Shown here: one piece after another, positions 25,421 through 34,263 of the stretch
How positions within the stretch are numbered: the stretch's first letter is position 1
How the letters are laid out: each line of letters starts with the position of its first letter
From: Bacillota bacterium
Lineage (GTDB): Bacteria; Bacillota; Sulfobacillia; DUSP01; DYEP01
NCBI GenBank assembly: GCA_040755615.1
Contig: JBFMAL010000010.1
Span: 4,934-68,933, forward strand
Reading direction: 5' to 3'
DNA length: 64,000 bases
Notes under the pieces: generated by a model
Databases searched by the model: none
Told to the model about the DNA's origin: nothing
What the model saw: only the letters and a program-made list of their open reading frames with translations
Made by a program: the position numbers and the translations under genes

Positions 25421-25909
25421 TTAGGACTTTGCCAGATTGTCGAATGCTCGTGCATGTTGTTTTTCCTGCCGGCCCACGAACTCGAAATAAGTAGCGATTT
25501 CTTCAAACCCTTCACTTCGGGCGATTTGTGCAAATTCAGGGTACATGTTCTCGTTCTCATAACTTTCTCCGTCGTATGCCGCCTTTAGGTTCTCCTGAGT
25601 ATTACCGAGACCTCCGAGCCAGGCAAGCAGTGACAATGCGTGGGCGGTTTCATCATTTGCAGATTTGGCGAATGCCTTTGCAGCTTCATGGTGACCGGCG
25701 ATCTCGGCGAGTTTAGCAAAGGCAGTATATTTCCGATTCGCCTGAGACTCCCCGGCAAAGGCCTTCCACAGGTTTTGTTCGGTGGCGGTACCTTTTAGCT
25801 TTGTAGGTGGGGCAAAGGTAGAGAACTTCCGGGCGCCGCATACAGGACAGGACTCGGCGACAGTAGATCCAATGGTTACATGGTAGCATACATCACACTT
25901 CCAGAACAT
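25421..25909 (-). CDS. rbr: Reverse rubrerythrin (N-terminal rubredoxin-like CxxC...CxxC domain, C-terminal diiron ferritin-like domain)
   Basis: CDVCYH...CPVCG comes first, followed by the E..E..H-type four-helix-bundle motifs (AGESQANRKY, NDETAHA, YDGESYE, RQEKQHA). Confidence 0.85.
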   Translation of the reverse strand: MFWKCDVCYHVTIGSTVAESCPVCGARKFSTFAPPTKLKGTATEQNLWKAFAGESQANRKYTAFAKLAEIAGHHEAAKAFAKSANDETAHALSLLAWLGGLGNTQENLKAAYDGESYENENMYPEFAQIARSEGFEEIATYFEFVGRQEKQHARAFDNLAKS

Positions 25910-25940
25910 CGATGCATCCTCCTTATAATTAATACTATGT

Positions 25941-25953
25941 AGTAATAATTACT
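25941..25953. promoter_or_regulatory. Palindromic operator AGTAAT-A-ATTACT (Fur/PerR-box-like) upstream of the rubrerythrin gene
   Basis: Perfect 6-1-6 inverted repeat in the 73-bp spacer. The 15-mer CAGTAATTATTACTA recurs at 26416-26430. Confidence 0.6.
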
Positions 25954-25982
25954 GTGTCAGCCCATAAAGAGAGAGCTTGGCA

Positions 25983-26399
25983 TTATTGGAGGCACTCCGG
26001 GCAGATACCATAGAGGTTCAGCTCGATCTTGGATATTGCATATCCCGTCCTCGCCCTGATGCTGTCTGCTACATCCTTAAGGTCCACCTCAGCCTTGTGA
26101 AGATCCCTAACGCGGCCGCATCGCTCACAGCAAAGGTGGACGTGTGGGCTTATGTCGGCATCGTAATGAGCTACGTTCTCACCGACGTGCAGGCGTTGAA
26201 TCAGCCCGGTCCGTTCTAGTATCCCCAGCGTGGTATAGACGGTATTGAAACTTATGGCCGGAAACTCTTCTTTGACCTTTTCCCAGATCGTCTCCGCTGT
26301 GGGATGGGCCGTCGTCTCACAGAGCGTGCGGTAGATAGCCATACGCTGGGGAGTAACCTTGAGTCCTCTTTCTCTTAGCCTTTCTGCCAAACCCCTCAT
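25983..26399 (-). CDS. perR: Fur-family metalloregulator, PerR-like by context
   Basis: Winged helix, HVHLCCERCG and CPEC structural zinc motifs. It sits immediately upstream of rubrerythrin. Confidence 0.75.
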   Translation of the reverse strand: MRGLAERLRERGLKVTPQRMAIYRTLCETTAHPTAETIWEKVKEEFPAISFNTVYTTLGILERTGLIQRLHVGENVAHYDADISPHVHLCCERCGRVRDLHKAEVDLKDVADSIRARTGYAISKIELNLYGICPECLQ

Positions 26400-26417
26400 C
26401 AGTATTCACTCTCATAC

Positions 26418-26430
26418 AGTAATTATTACT
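26418..26430. promoter_or_regulatory. Second copy of the operator, AGTAAT-T-ATTACT, upstream of the Fur-family gene
   Basis: Perfect 6-1-6 palindrome about 20 nt upstream of the perR-like start codon. Confidence 0.6.
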
Positions 26431-26500
26431 ATCTAATCAGGATTATTACACAAGAGTGCCGAGGTGTCAAGCCCCGGTCGACAGATTTTTTAAGAAATGC

Positions 26501-26887
26501 TTACCCGTGTATGAGGTATGGCAGACATCTGACACACACCCAGACACTGTCTCCTGCGCGTCTTGCAGGAAAGAGGATTCTTTCGTCTTCCGTATTGCCG
26601 CAATTAAAGCACTTCTGGGCTATATAGGTCTTTGGCCGGTGTTTTGTATGTTCATGAACGGCCTCTTCAGAAAACGCAGGTGCTTCCCTCTCCTCGATGG
26701 AGAGAGCCCCTTCAGGGCATACGCCGATACAGAAACCGGCACCGTCGCATAGCTCCTCCCGTACCACCTTCGCTTTTCCGTCCACAATCTGTATGGCACC
26801 TTCAGCGCAAGGGCTTACACACAGCCCACAACCCGTGCAGCGATCCTCATCGATCTTTACTATCTTTCTGTACGCCAAGAACATCAC
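26501..26887 (-). CDS. 2x[4Fe-4S] ferredoxin-domain protein with an extra C-terminal Cys4 module
   Basis: CTGCGLCVSPC and CDGAGFCIGVCP cluster motifs; C-terminal CFNCG...CVRC. Confidence 0.75.
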   Translation of the reverse strand: MMFLAYRKIVKIDEDRCTGCGLCVSPCAEGAIQIVDGKAKVVREELCDGAGFCIGVCPEGALSIEEREAPAFSEEAVHEHTKHRPKTYIAQKCFNCGNTEDERILFPARRAGDSVWVCVRCLPYLIHG

Positions 26888-27127
26888 CTGGCCTTTGGCT
26901 ATTCACCCGGCCTGAGGCGACCAGGCCTTGTGATGCCATCTCCCTTTTGCCAGGTTTTCTCTCCTTTCTGAATCGTATTTGCCTGGTCTCACGGACACAG
27001 GCCAAAAAAGGGAGATCTCATCTGGAGCAGGTTGGTTCGAGTGAAAACGTGGACCTGCAGCTTAGTAGCTTGCCGGTTTAGACAAAAGCGCCCAGAGGTC
27101 CAGCTGCCGGCACAGTGCGATGGCTGT

Positions 27128-27538
27128 TTAAGCCTTTCTGACTAGATCGGCCAGCTTTAGCGCGGCTAGCGTACCGATGATGCTTTCTTGCAGCGGACGC
27201 CACGCGTCTTTCAGGGCGCATACCTCCACTCGGTCGCACTTTTCTTCCTGTTCATAGCACTGATTTATGGCAGGCCGCCCCTGCATCACTTCTACGATGT
27301 CCAGTATACTGATATCCTCAGGTTCTTTTGCAAGCAAGTATCCACCCTGGGCGCCCCTTTGAGAACATACTATACCCGCTTCGGCAAATTTCCTGAAGAT
27401 CTTCTGCAGGAAATTCAACGGAATCCCTTCAGCATCCGCAAGATAGGAAACCGAAACCGGCTTTCCGGGAGCTGCCTGGGCTAACCTGACCAGGCTACGC
27501 AGAGCGTAATCAGTATTTCGCTTGATAATTTCCATCAC
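27128..27538 (-). CDS. Rrf2-family transcriptional regulator (three-Cys cluster-ligand type)
   Basis: N-terminal wHTH (TDYALRSLVRLA) and the Cys triad in QCYEQEEKCDRVEVC. Confidence 0.85.
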   Translation of the reverse strand: MMEIIKRNTDYALRSLVRLAQAAPGKPVSVSYLADAEGIPLNFLQKIFRKFAEAGIVCSQRGAQGGYLLAKEPEDISILDIVEVMQGRPAINQCYEQEEKCDRVEVCALKDAWRPLQESIIGTLAALKLADLVRKA

Positions 27539-27710
27539 ACATCACCTTTATCATAATTTTAGTCCAATTTAGATTCGCGGTCAAGTTTGCGGATGTGGTC
27601 TAAAGCGCTGTCGGATCCTTGGCCAGATGCGCTCTTTGTTCCCGTGTTTGGGCTTTGGCGGACGCCTGGCGAAAATCGCTGGGCTAATCAATTCCGGGTC
27701 CTGCATGAAA

Positions 27711-27736
27711 CAAAAAACTCAGGGACAGGCCCTGAG
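27711..27736 (-). terminator. Intrinsic terminator after tRNA-Arg
   Basis: On the minus strand, CTCAGGG-CCTGT-CCCTGAG is followed by TTTTTTG. Confidence 0.7.
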
Positions 27737-27758
27737 TTGTCAAGTCTATTATTCAGTC

Positions 27759-27835
27759 TGGTGCGCCCGGAGGGAATCGAACCCCCGCTAACCAAGCTCC
27801 GGAGGCTTGTGCTCTATCCGCTGAGCTACGGGCGC
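27759..27835 (-). tRNA. tRNA-Arg (anticodon CCG), CCA encoded
   Basis: The reverse complement reads GCGCCCGTAGCTCAGCGGATAGAGCACAAGCCTCCGGAGCTTGGTTAGCGGGGGTTCGATTCCCTCCGGGCGCACCA. It has a 7-bp acceptor stem, a GTTCGATTC T-loop and the anticodon loop CT-CCG-GA. Confidence 0.9.
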
Positions 27836-27883
27836 ACTGGACACTAATATCTTACCACAGAGGGCGAAACTCTACAAGGCACC

Positions 27884-28633
27884 TCAGCCAACAGTAATCT
27901 CTGCCACTGACTGGATGATCACATCGGCACACTTTCGAAGTGATTCTGTGGTACCAGTGCCGCTCAAAACACCAACGCTAAGCCCAATACCCGCATTTCT
28001 CCCAAATTGCATGTCCGATGGCGAATCCCCCACCATGACAGCACTCTTTCTGGAAATGTTAAAGTATTTCAGCAGATACTCTATCATCTCAGGATCGGGC
28101 TTGCCCGCCGATACCATGTCACTAGTGACAATCGCATCGAACAGGTCTGAAAACCCCGCGATCTTAAGAGTGTTTAATGTACGTTTCTGTGAATCGGTTG
28201 TGGCTACGGCGCATTTGATTTCCGCAGCCTTCAGTGCCTTGATACAGTCGACGGCACCTTTTACTGCACGCGTCAGGGATGCCAGATCCAGCTCACTTTC
28301 CGCCTGGGCGTAAGCGTCTGCAGCGATCCGCCTGCACGTGTCGAATCCCCCCAAGCCAAGCTGGTACAACACCGTGGCAGTGACCACTTGTTCATCCCTG
28401 GATGAGGCCAGAGCGAACGGTCCGTCTGGAAGGATCCTGCCGTCCTTTACTCCAAGCGACTGGACAAGCACAGCCAGATCTTTCTCCGCCAGACCCGCCA
28501 GTTCTTTGATTGCGGATACGCGGCGCGAGCATAATTCTTTCCAGAGCGGAAACGGGTCAAGCAAGGTGCCATCTTTGTCAAATATGACGAGCCGACAGTC
28601 AAAAGAAAGGCTGCCAAAGTTTGCTACTGACAA
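27884..28633 (-). CDS. HAD-superfamily hydrolase (phosphatase-like)
   Basis: Motif I (VIFDKDGTLLD) and motif IV (MVGDSPSDMQ). Confidence 0.8.
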   Translation of the reverse strand: MSVANFGSLSFDCRLVIFDKDGTLLDPFPLWKELCSRRVSAIKELAGLAEKDLAVLVQSLGVKDGRILPDGPFALASSRDEQVVTATVLYQLGLGGFDTCRRIAADAYAQAESELDLASLTRAVKGAVDCIKALKAAEIKCAVATTDSQKRTLNTLKIAGFSDLFDAIVTSDMVSAGKPDPEMIEYLLKYFNISRKSAVMVGDSPSDMQFGRNAGIGLSVGVLSGTGTTESLRKCADVIIQSVAEITVG

Positions 28634-28791
28634 CGGAACACCTCCATGCAGATTATATCACACATTCTTTCGGAGGTTTTTGGGGGATTTTGGCGAATAG
28701 ACAAGAGATCCCGTTAGGGCAACTTAGGAGCATCGATGATGTAACCAAGGATGGCGTTCCACTGCCGGCGTTTTGGAGGGAGCGAGCGGCT

Positions 28792-29232
28792 TTGAAGATT
28801 GATGTGATGCAGGATTTGAAGACTGCACAAGAAGCGCTGGACAGGTACGTGTGTTCCCTCGCCCTCGTCCGGGGCGGCCAGGTGCTGTACACCTCCACGG
28901 GTAAAGGGATCGCACCGCTGCTTAATCTGATCAGTGAGCGGAGAGACCTTAAGGGCGCGACTCTTTCTGACCAGGTTGTGGGCTTGGCCGTGGCTGCCAT
29001 CGCGCGTGAGCACGGCATCCTTGCGGTGTTTGGAAAGGTGATGAGTATGCCCGCGAGGGCTTACCTTGAGCACGAAGGTGTGATCTTCGATTATGGAACC
29101 CTCGTCGAATCAATAAAGACGGCTGACGGCACGGCAACCTGTCCCATAGAACAGATCGCCATCGAAACCCCTGATGTCCCGGCGATGATCCGCAGGATTC
29201 AGGAATTCCGCGACAGGGCGGTGAGGAAATGA
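28792..29232 (+). CDS. DUF1893 (TM1506-like) family protein
   Basis: ALVRGGQVLYTSTGKGIAPLLNLI is typical of the family as I recall it. The start is ambiguous (TTG 28792 or ATG 28807). TTG 28621 in the ORF track gives an implausible N-terminal extension. Confidence 0.55.
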   Translation: MKIDVMQDLKTAQEALDRYVCSLALVRGGQVLYTSTGKGIAPLLNLISERRDLKGATLSDQVVGLAVAAIAREHGILAVFGKVMSMPARAYLEHEGVIFDYGTLVESIKTADGTATCPIEQIAIETPDVPAMIRRIQEFRDRAVRK

Positions 29233-30446
29233 AAGGCTTCAGCGTGGAGGAAGAGCGTCTGGACGCGCTTTCGAAGGTTACGTCCGAAGGGCCGGGAGTC
29301 ACCAGATTGCCGTACACGCCCGAGGATGCCCGAGCAAAGCGCATGGTACGCAGGTGGATGGACGAAGACGGTCTTGAATCATACGAGGATGCTATCGGTA
29401 ACTTATTCGGTCGCGCGAATGGGGAAAGGCCCGGCACCATACTGACGGGCTCGCATCTTGACACGGTCAGGAACGGGGGGGCATATGATGGTGCCTTGGG
29501 CGTGGTGTCGGCCATATCTGCTGTGTCAGCGCTAGTTGGCACAAGCTGCGACGCCAGACGAAACGTTGAAGCTTGTGCCACAGTAGGAGAAGAAGGCTCG
29601 AGGTTTTCCTGCGGTTACCTGGGCAGCCTGGCGCTCACCGGGAACGTAGATCTTAATACCACAGATCACAGCGGGATGACGCTGGCCCAGGCGCTCAGGC
29701 AGGCAGGCATGGATCCAGCTCTTGTGCATACAGCCCGGCGTAGCGACATTGCAGCATTTGTAGAGCTCCATATTGAGCAGGGACCAGTGCTTGAAGCAAG
29801 CGGCCTGGCGATCGGCCTGGTCAACCGGGTCACGGGCCTGTGGGGTGCTTCCGTCCGCTTTACAGGCAGAGCGGACCATGCTGGCACGACGCCGATGGAT
29901 GCGAGGCTCGATGCGCTCGTTGCTGCTTCTTCGCTGATCTCGCGCCTGCCAGCGCTTGCTGTAGCCTTATCCCGCCAGGCAAGAGCGACGGTGGGAATGA
30001 TCAATGTCACTCCGGGTTCAAGCAACGTGGTCCCGAGTGAATGCCAGTTTTCTCTGGATGTCCGAGCGCTTTACGATGCCGATCTCATAAGGCTGTCCGA
30101 GACCATTGAGGCGGAGGTACGGCGCATAAGCCAGGAAACGGGCTGCGCCGGCACGGTAAAGTGGCTGTACAAGGAACCGCCTGTGGGTATGGACTATCGG
30201 ATGCTCGAGCTTGCTGCAGAGGTGGCGGACCGGATGCAGCTGCCTTACCGCGTCATGGAAAGCGGCGCAGGTCACGATGCCCAGATCATTTCAAGGCTCG
30301 CGCCGTCGCTTATAGTCTTTATCCCCTGTGTCGGCGGACGGAGCCACTGTCCTGACGAAGCGGTGAAACCCGAGCACATCCGGAAGGGGACGGTTTTTCT
30401 CACTGAGTTCGTAAGAAGAATAAGCTTTGATGCCCATTTGTGCTAA
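29229..30446 (+). CDS. M20-family amidohydrolase of the allantoate amidohydrolase / N-carbamoyl-L-amino-acid hydrolase type
   Basis: GSHLDTVRNGGAYDGALGV, EEGSRF and the GAGHDAQ metal and substrate motifs. ATGA overlap with the upstream gene. Confidence 0.85.
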   Translation: MKGFSVEEERLDALSKVTSEGPGVTRLPYTPEDARAKRMVRRWMDEDGLESYEDAIGNLFGRANGERPGTILTGSHLDTVRNGGAYDGALGVVSAISAVSALVGTSCDARRNVEACATVGEEGSRFSCGYLGSLALTGNVDLNTTDHSGMTLAQALRQAGMDPALVHTARRSDIAAFVELHIEQGPVLEASGLAIGLVNRVTGLWGASVRFTGRADHAGTTPMDARLDALVAASSLISRLPALAVALSRQARATVGMINVTPGSSNVVPSECQFSLDVRALYDADLIRLSETIEAEVRRISQETGCAGTVKWLYKEPPVGMDYRMLELAAEVADRMQLPYRVMESGAGHDAQIISRLAPSLIVFIPCVGGRSHCPDEAVKPEHIRKGTVFLTEFVRRISFDAHLC

Positions 30447-30487
30447 TACGCAATTTCTGAATGCAGTAACCCTGGGGAGGGGTAAGC

Positions 30488-31012
30488 TTGGCGACACTCT
30501 TTGGTTATCTATTTATCTTCTTTGCAAGAGTCATCGATGTGACCTTTGCCACCCTGAGATTGCTGATGGTTGTGAGGGGCAAGAAGCTCGAGGCCGCAGC
30601 TTTGGGCTTTTTCGAGGTGATGATCTACATCCTTGCGCTGAGCAGGGTTGTGGGAGCTTTGAACAATCCTATCAACCTGATAGTCTACGCGGCCGGGTTC
30701 GCCACGGGCTCCATCGTTGGCAGCTGGGTCGAAGAGCGGCTCGCCCTCGGCTACCTCACTGTTGAGGCAATACCCAGTTGCGGGCATGCGGAAATCCTCT
30801 CCGAAGATCTGCGCGACCGCGGGTTCGGAGTCACGGTCATAAACGGTGAGGGGCGCGAGGGCATTCGCAAGATCCTCTTCATCACTGTGCCCAGGCGCAA
30901 CCTCCCCGAGGTGTTTAAGATCATGCAAAAGAATGACCCAGCTGCGTTCATCACTGTACTTGACACTCGCCGGACCCGCGGCGGTGTATTTCCCTACCGC
31001 AAGAGCAAGTGA
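30488..31012 (+). CDS. UPF0316/DUF2179-family membrane protein
   Basis: N-terminal TM helices (IFFARVIDVTFATLRLLMVVRG) plus a C-terminal soluble domain. TTG start. Confidence 0.65.
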   Translation: MATLFGYLFIFFARVIDVTFATLRLLMVVRGKKLEAAALGFFEVMIYILALSRVVGALNNPINLIVYAAGFATGSIVGSWVEERLALGYLTVEAIPSCGHAEILSEDLRDRGFGVTVINGEGREGIRKILFITVPRRNLPEVFKIMQKNDPAAFITVLDTRRTRGGVFPYRKSK

Positions 31013-32280
31013 GCATCCCAAGACGAGATTAACTTAATAACGAATTCCGAGGCCCGGGCGAGGTTGCCCGGGTCTACGTTCTCCCACGTGTCAGTAGGCC
31101 AGTGCCAATTGGGCAAGATGCCTTCGTTATCAAAGGCCATCACGCAAAGAGCGGGGTAGCCCCTCACCATAGCGGCCAGGGAGTCCGTGGTAAGCGCGCG
31201 GTACTCCATGGGTGCGATCTTCAGATGGGGGTTTTCCGACGATACGATCTCTGCCTGTGACAGGAGGTCAGGAGACGAGCGGTAGGTATGGAGCATCCCT
31301 TCCGCCGTAATATACTTCAGGTTGCCAGTACCAAGGTTGTCGAGATTGATGACCTGGGCACCTTTGATCGAGGCTTTGTATGCTTCCAGAAACCGTATCA
31401 TCCCGACGGTTCCGGCCTCTTCCGCTCCTGTCGCGACCAGCCACACCTCGGTATGCCGGGGCGGCTCGGCCGACAGTCTGTCCGCCACTTCGAGCAGCAC
31501 AGCCACTCCTGAAGCGTTGTCGTTGGCGCCCGGAGTCACTTTCCCGAAGAACTCACGGTGCACAAAGAGAAGGACTGCGAACGCGATGTAAATCACGGTG
31601 GGAGCTGCCAGGTAAGCGATGCCCGGTCTCCCGGATAGGGTCGACGCTACGGCTATCACTGAGTTCACTGCCAGGCTTATGGCCATGAGGATGTAGGAGG
31701 TTCTCAGACCTTTGACCATCTTGGGGTGGAAAGACAGCCCAGATCTCGAACTGTCGTAATGGGCTGATACGATCAGCGTGCCGAGTTTTTGACTTGCTGC
31801 AGGAATCACGCCGATCACGTTCTTGCTGGGAAACTTGGGTACGAGGCGGGCAAAGACCTCACGCGTGTTCGACTCGGCATAAAAGCTCAGTATGGATACG
31901 ACACCAAAGAACAGTGCGACATACCTAGCGGAGTAAAGCGCGGCTATCGGAGCGATGAGATTGAGCGCATAGATACAGGCAAAGACCCAGGAGAAAGTGT
32001 GTTGGGCCCAGAAAGGCTGAAGGGTTACGTCGATGCCCGCCTGTTTCATTCTCGAGGCCACGTACTCGGCTGCCCGGGCCTCCTCCGCACTGGCCGATCG
32101 CCGGGGAAAAGACAGCTGCTTGACCGTTTCAAGTCGTTTATCCACGGCACACCCTGGTCCTAAATGCGAAATCCGGCCTCCCCTGACCAGGCCTTCCGCT
32201 CCTTTTTCATCAGACTTGCCCACTCCCTTGAAGTGGGCCAATGGCAGGGAGACCTCTTGGGGCATAGCGCTCGGCCCCAA
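30994..32280 (-). CDS. Membrane-anchored M28-family metallopeptidase
   Basis: AHYDS, NDNASGVAVLLE and TGAEEAGTVG zinc-ligand motifs, with internal TM helices. The start is uncertain. Confidence 0.7.
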   Translation of the reverse strand: MGPSAMPQEVSLPLAHFKGVGKSDEKGAEGLVRGGRISHLGPGCAVDKRLETVKQLSFPRRSASAEEARAAEYVASRMKQAGIDVTLQPFWAQHTFSWVFACIYALNLIAPIAALYSARYVALFFGVVSILSFYAESNTREVFARLVPKFPSKNVIGVIPAASQKLGTLIVSAHYDSSRSGLSFHPKMVKGLRTSYILMAISLAVNSVIAVASTLSGRPGIAYLAAPTVIYIAFAVLLFVHREFFGKVTPGANDNASGVAVLLEVADRLSAEPPRHTEVWLVATGAEEAGTVGMIRFLEAYKASIKGAQVINLDNLGTGNLKYITAEGMLHTYRSSPDLLSQAEIVSSENPHLKIAPMEYRALTTDSLAAMVRGYPALCVMAFDNEGILPNWHWPTDTWENVDPGNLARASEFVIKLISSWDAHLLLR

Positions 32281-32381
32281 GGCCTCTTGGCTTGGGCCAT
32301 GCCAGTTGATTCTAGACCAAAAGCGGCAATTCCTTTCCGCTTCCCGGTTACCTGGCAGGCCGAATGAAAGAATAAACCATA

Positions 32382-33077
32382 TCAGAGGAACATGCCAGTC
32401 AGCAGGTCTGAGATGCCCAAAGGCCCGGGAGCGACGATGGGCTCCCCGTACCGTGTGCCGATCAGGGATCCGTAGTACCTGTCACGGCTCTCGACGAAAT
32501 AGAAGAAGCCTGGGTCGTTCACCTCGGTCCTGTGGCCATGGTGTTCGACCTGGGAGCGGTGGGCGCGGATGCTTTCCAGCTTTGTACTGTAGTATTCGGA
32601 CGTATCTACAATGAACGTGGGGATCGCAAGGCCCCGTAATAGGTAGTACAGCAGCCTCCTGGGTCTGTGTGGCGGCTGTCCGGTGTCCCTTTTGATAAGA
32701 CCGGACTCAAAACAGGCCTCCTGCACAAGATTACTGCAATCGATGTGGTCTGGATGCCTGTCTATATAGTAGGGGGCTACGACCAGCCTCGGCCGGAACT
32801 CGCGTATCACTCTCACGACCTTTGTCAGGTGATCATGGGCATTCTTGAGGCCCCTGTCCGGGAGCCCTAAATTAACCCTGTGCTGGGCGCCGAGGATCCG
32901 GCGCGCAGTCTCCGATTCGGCAATGCGCTCATCCGGAGTGCCGTTGGATCCCATTTCACCGGCGGACAGGTCTACCAGGCACACGCTGTGCCCCATGGCG
33001 ACCTGGCGGGCCACTGTACCACCCGCCCCGATCTCGATGTCATCAGGATGAGCGCCGAAGAACATAATGTCGACCAT
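32382..33077 (-). CDS. bshB1: LmbE/PIG-L-family deacetylase, bacillithiol biosynthesis BshB1-like
   Basis: MFFGAHPDDIEIGAGGT and HPDH motifs. ATG 33077 is preceded by AAGGAG. Divergent from bshA. Confidence 0.75.
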   Translation of the reverse strand: MVDIMFFGAHPDDIEIGAGGTVARQVAMGHSVCLVDLSAGEMGSNGTPDERIAESETARRILGAQHRVNLGLPDRGLKNAHDHLTKVVRVIREFRPRLVVAPYYIDRHPDHIDCSNLVQEACFESGLIKRDTGQPPHRPRRLLYYLLRGLAIPTFIVDTSEYYSTKLESIRAHRSQVEHHGHRTEVNDPGFFYFVESRDRYYGSLIGTRYGEPIVAPGPLGISDLLTGMFL

Positions 33078-33150
33078 CTTGTGCACTCCTTTTTTGGTTT
33101 GAAGGTTTTTCTGGCTGGTCATGGAATACCGGAAATTGGAGGGTGAAATC

Positions 33151-34263
33151 GTGAAGATTGGTATCATATGCTATCCAACCACCGGGGGGAGCGGGGTCGT
33201 CGCCGCTGAACTGGGCAAAGGTCTTGCCCGAATGGGACATGAAGTCCACTTCATCGCATACGCGATGCCGTTCAGGCTACAGCAGTCTTCCGACACCGTT
33301 CATTTCCATAAAGTGAACGTCCCCAGGTACCCACTTTTCAGGTTTCCCCCATATGATTCTGCCCTTGCGAGCATTGCAGCAGAAATCGCTGAGTCCTACG
33401 GACTTCAGATCCTGCACGTACATTACGCGGTTCCTCACGCTATAAGCGCCTATCTTACAAAGCAGATGGTGGGCCCAGGGCTTCGTACCGTGACAACCCT
33501 GCACGGTACAGATATCACCCTTACCGGCGTGAACCCGTCGCTGTGCCGCATCGTGTCTTTTAGTATCAACATGAGCGACGCCGTTACCGCCGTATCCTGG
33601 TACCTGGTCCGCGCCATGAACGAGCGGTTTTCGCTTGGACGCGAGGTGTCCATGATACACAACTTCATTGACACAGGTTACTACAAACGTGAACGGAAAC
33701 CCTTCCTGATGCCATGCCTTGCGCCAAATGGGGAGAGACTCGTGGTACATATGTCAAACTTCAGGCCTGTCAAGCGGACTCCGCTGGTTGTGGAGATCTT
33801 CAGCAGGATCCGAAAGCACCTGCCCGCGAAGCTGGTCATGGTAGGGTCAGGACCTGATTTGCGCAAGGCAGAGGCCGCAGCCGAACGCCTTGGGGTGCAT
33901 GACGATGTGCTGCTTGTGGGTACTCAGAACAATATCGTACCGCTGCTTTCCGTTGCAGATTTGTTTCTTCTTCCGTCATCCGAGGAGAGTTTCGGCCTCT
34001 CTGCGCTTGAGGCGATGTCGTGCGAGGTACCTGTCGTCGCTTCCAGGGTTGGAGGGTTACCTGAAGTGGTGACGCATGGAGTAACGGGATACTTGCTGGA
34101 CAAAGATGACCTTGACGGCATGGTCGAGGCATGCCTTGAGATCCTGTGCGACCCAGAACGGGGCCGCGCAATGGGTTATGCGGGGAGGCAATCCGCGATC
34201 CGGCGATTCGATGCCTCCGTCCTGCTTCCGAAATATGAACAGCTTTACAGGGAATTGCTCTAG
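33151..34263 (+). CDS. bshA: GT4 glycosyltransferase, N-acetyl-alpha-D-glucosaminyl L-malate synthase BshA-like
   Basis: The KIGIICYPTTGGSGVVAAELGKGLARMGHEVHFI N-terminus closely resembles BshA, and there is an EESFGLSALEAM motif. GTG 33151 follows GGAGG. Confidence 0.8.
   Translation: MKIGIICYPTTGGSGVVAAELGKGLARMGHEVHFIAYAMPFRLQQSSDTVHFHKVNVPRYPLFRFPPYDSALASIAAEIAESYGLQILHVHYAVPHAISAYLTKQMVGPGLRTVTTLHGTDITLTGVNPSLCRIVSFSINMSDAVTAVSWYLVRAMNERFSLGREVSMIHNFIDTGYYKRERKPFLMPCLAPNGERLVVHMSNFRPVKRTPLVVEIFSRIRKHLPAKLVMVGSGPDLRKAEAAAERLGVHDDVLLVGTQNNIVPLLSVADLFLLPSSEESFGLSALEAMSCEVPVVASRVGGLPEVVTHGVTGYLLDKDDLDGMVEACLEILCDPERGRAMGYAGRQSAIRRFDASVLLPKYEQLYRELL

Noticed and set aside
27587-27847. 86-aa plus-strand ORF.
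   Set aside because: It overlaps the tRNA-Arg gene and its terminator on the opposite strand, and it has no RBS or family similarity.
34260-34263. Convergent bshA and amidohydrolase genes share a palindromic CTAG, so their stop codons overlap.
   Set aside because: The overlap is real but trivial, a chance consequence of tight packing with no evident regulatory meaning.
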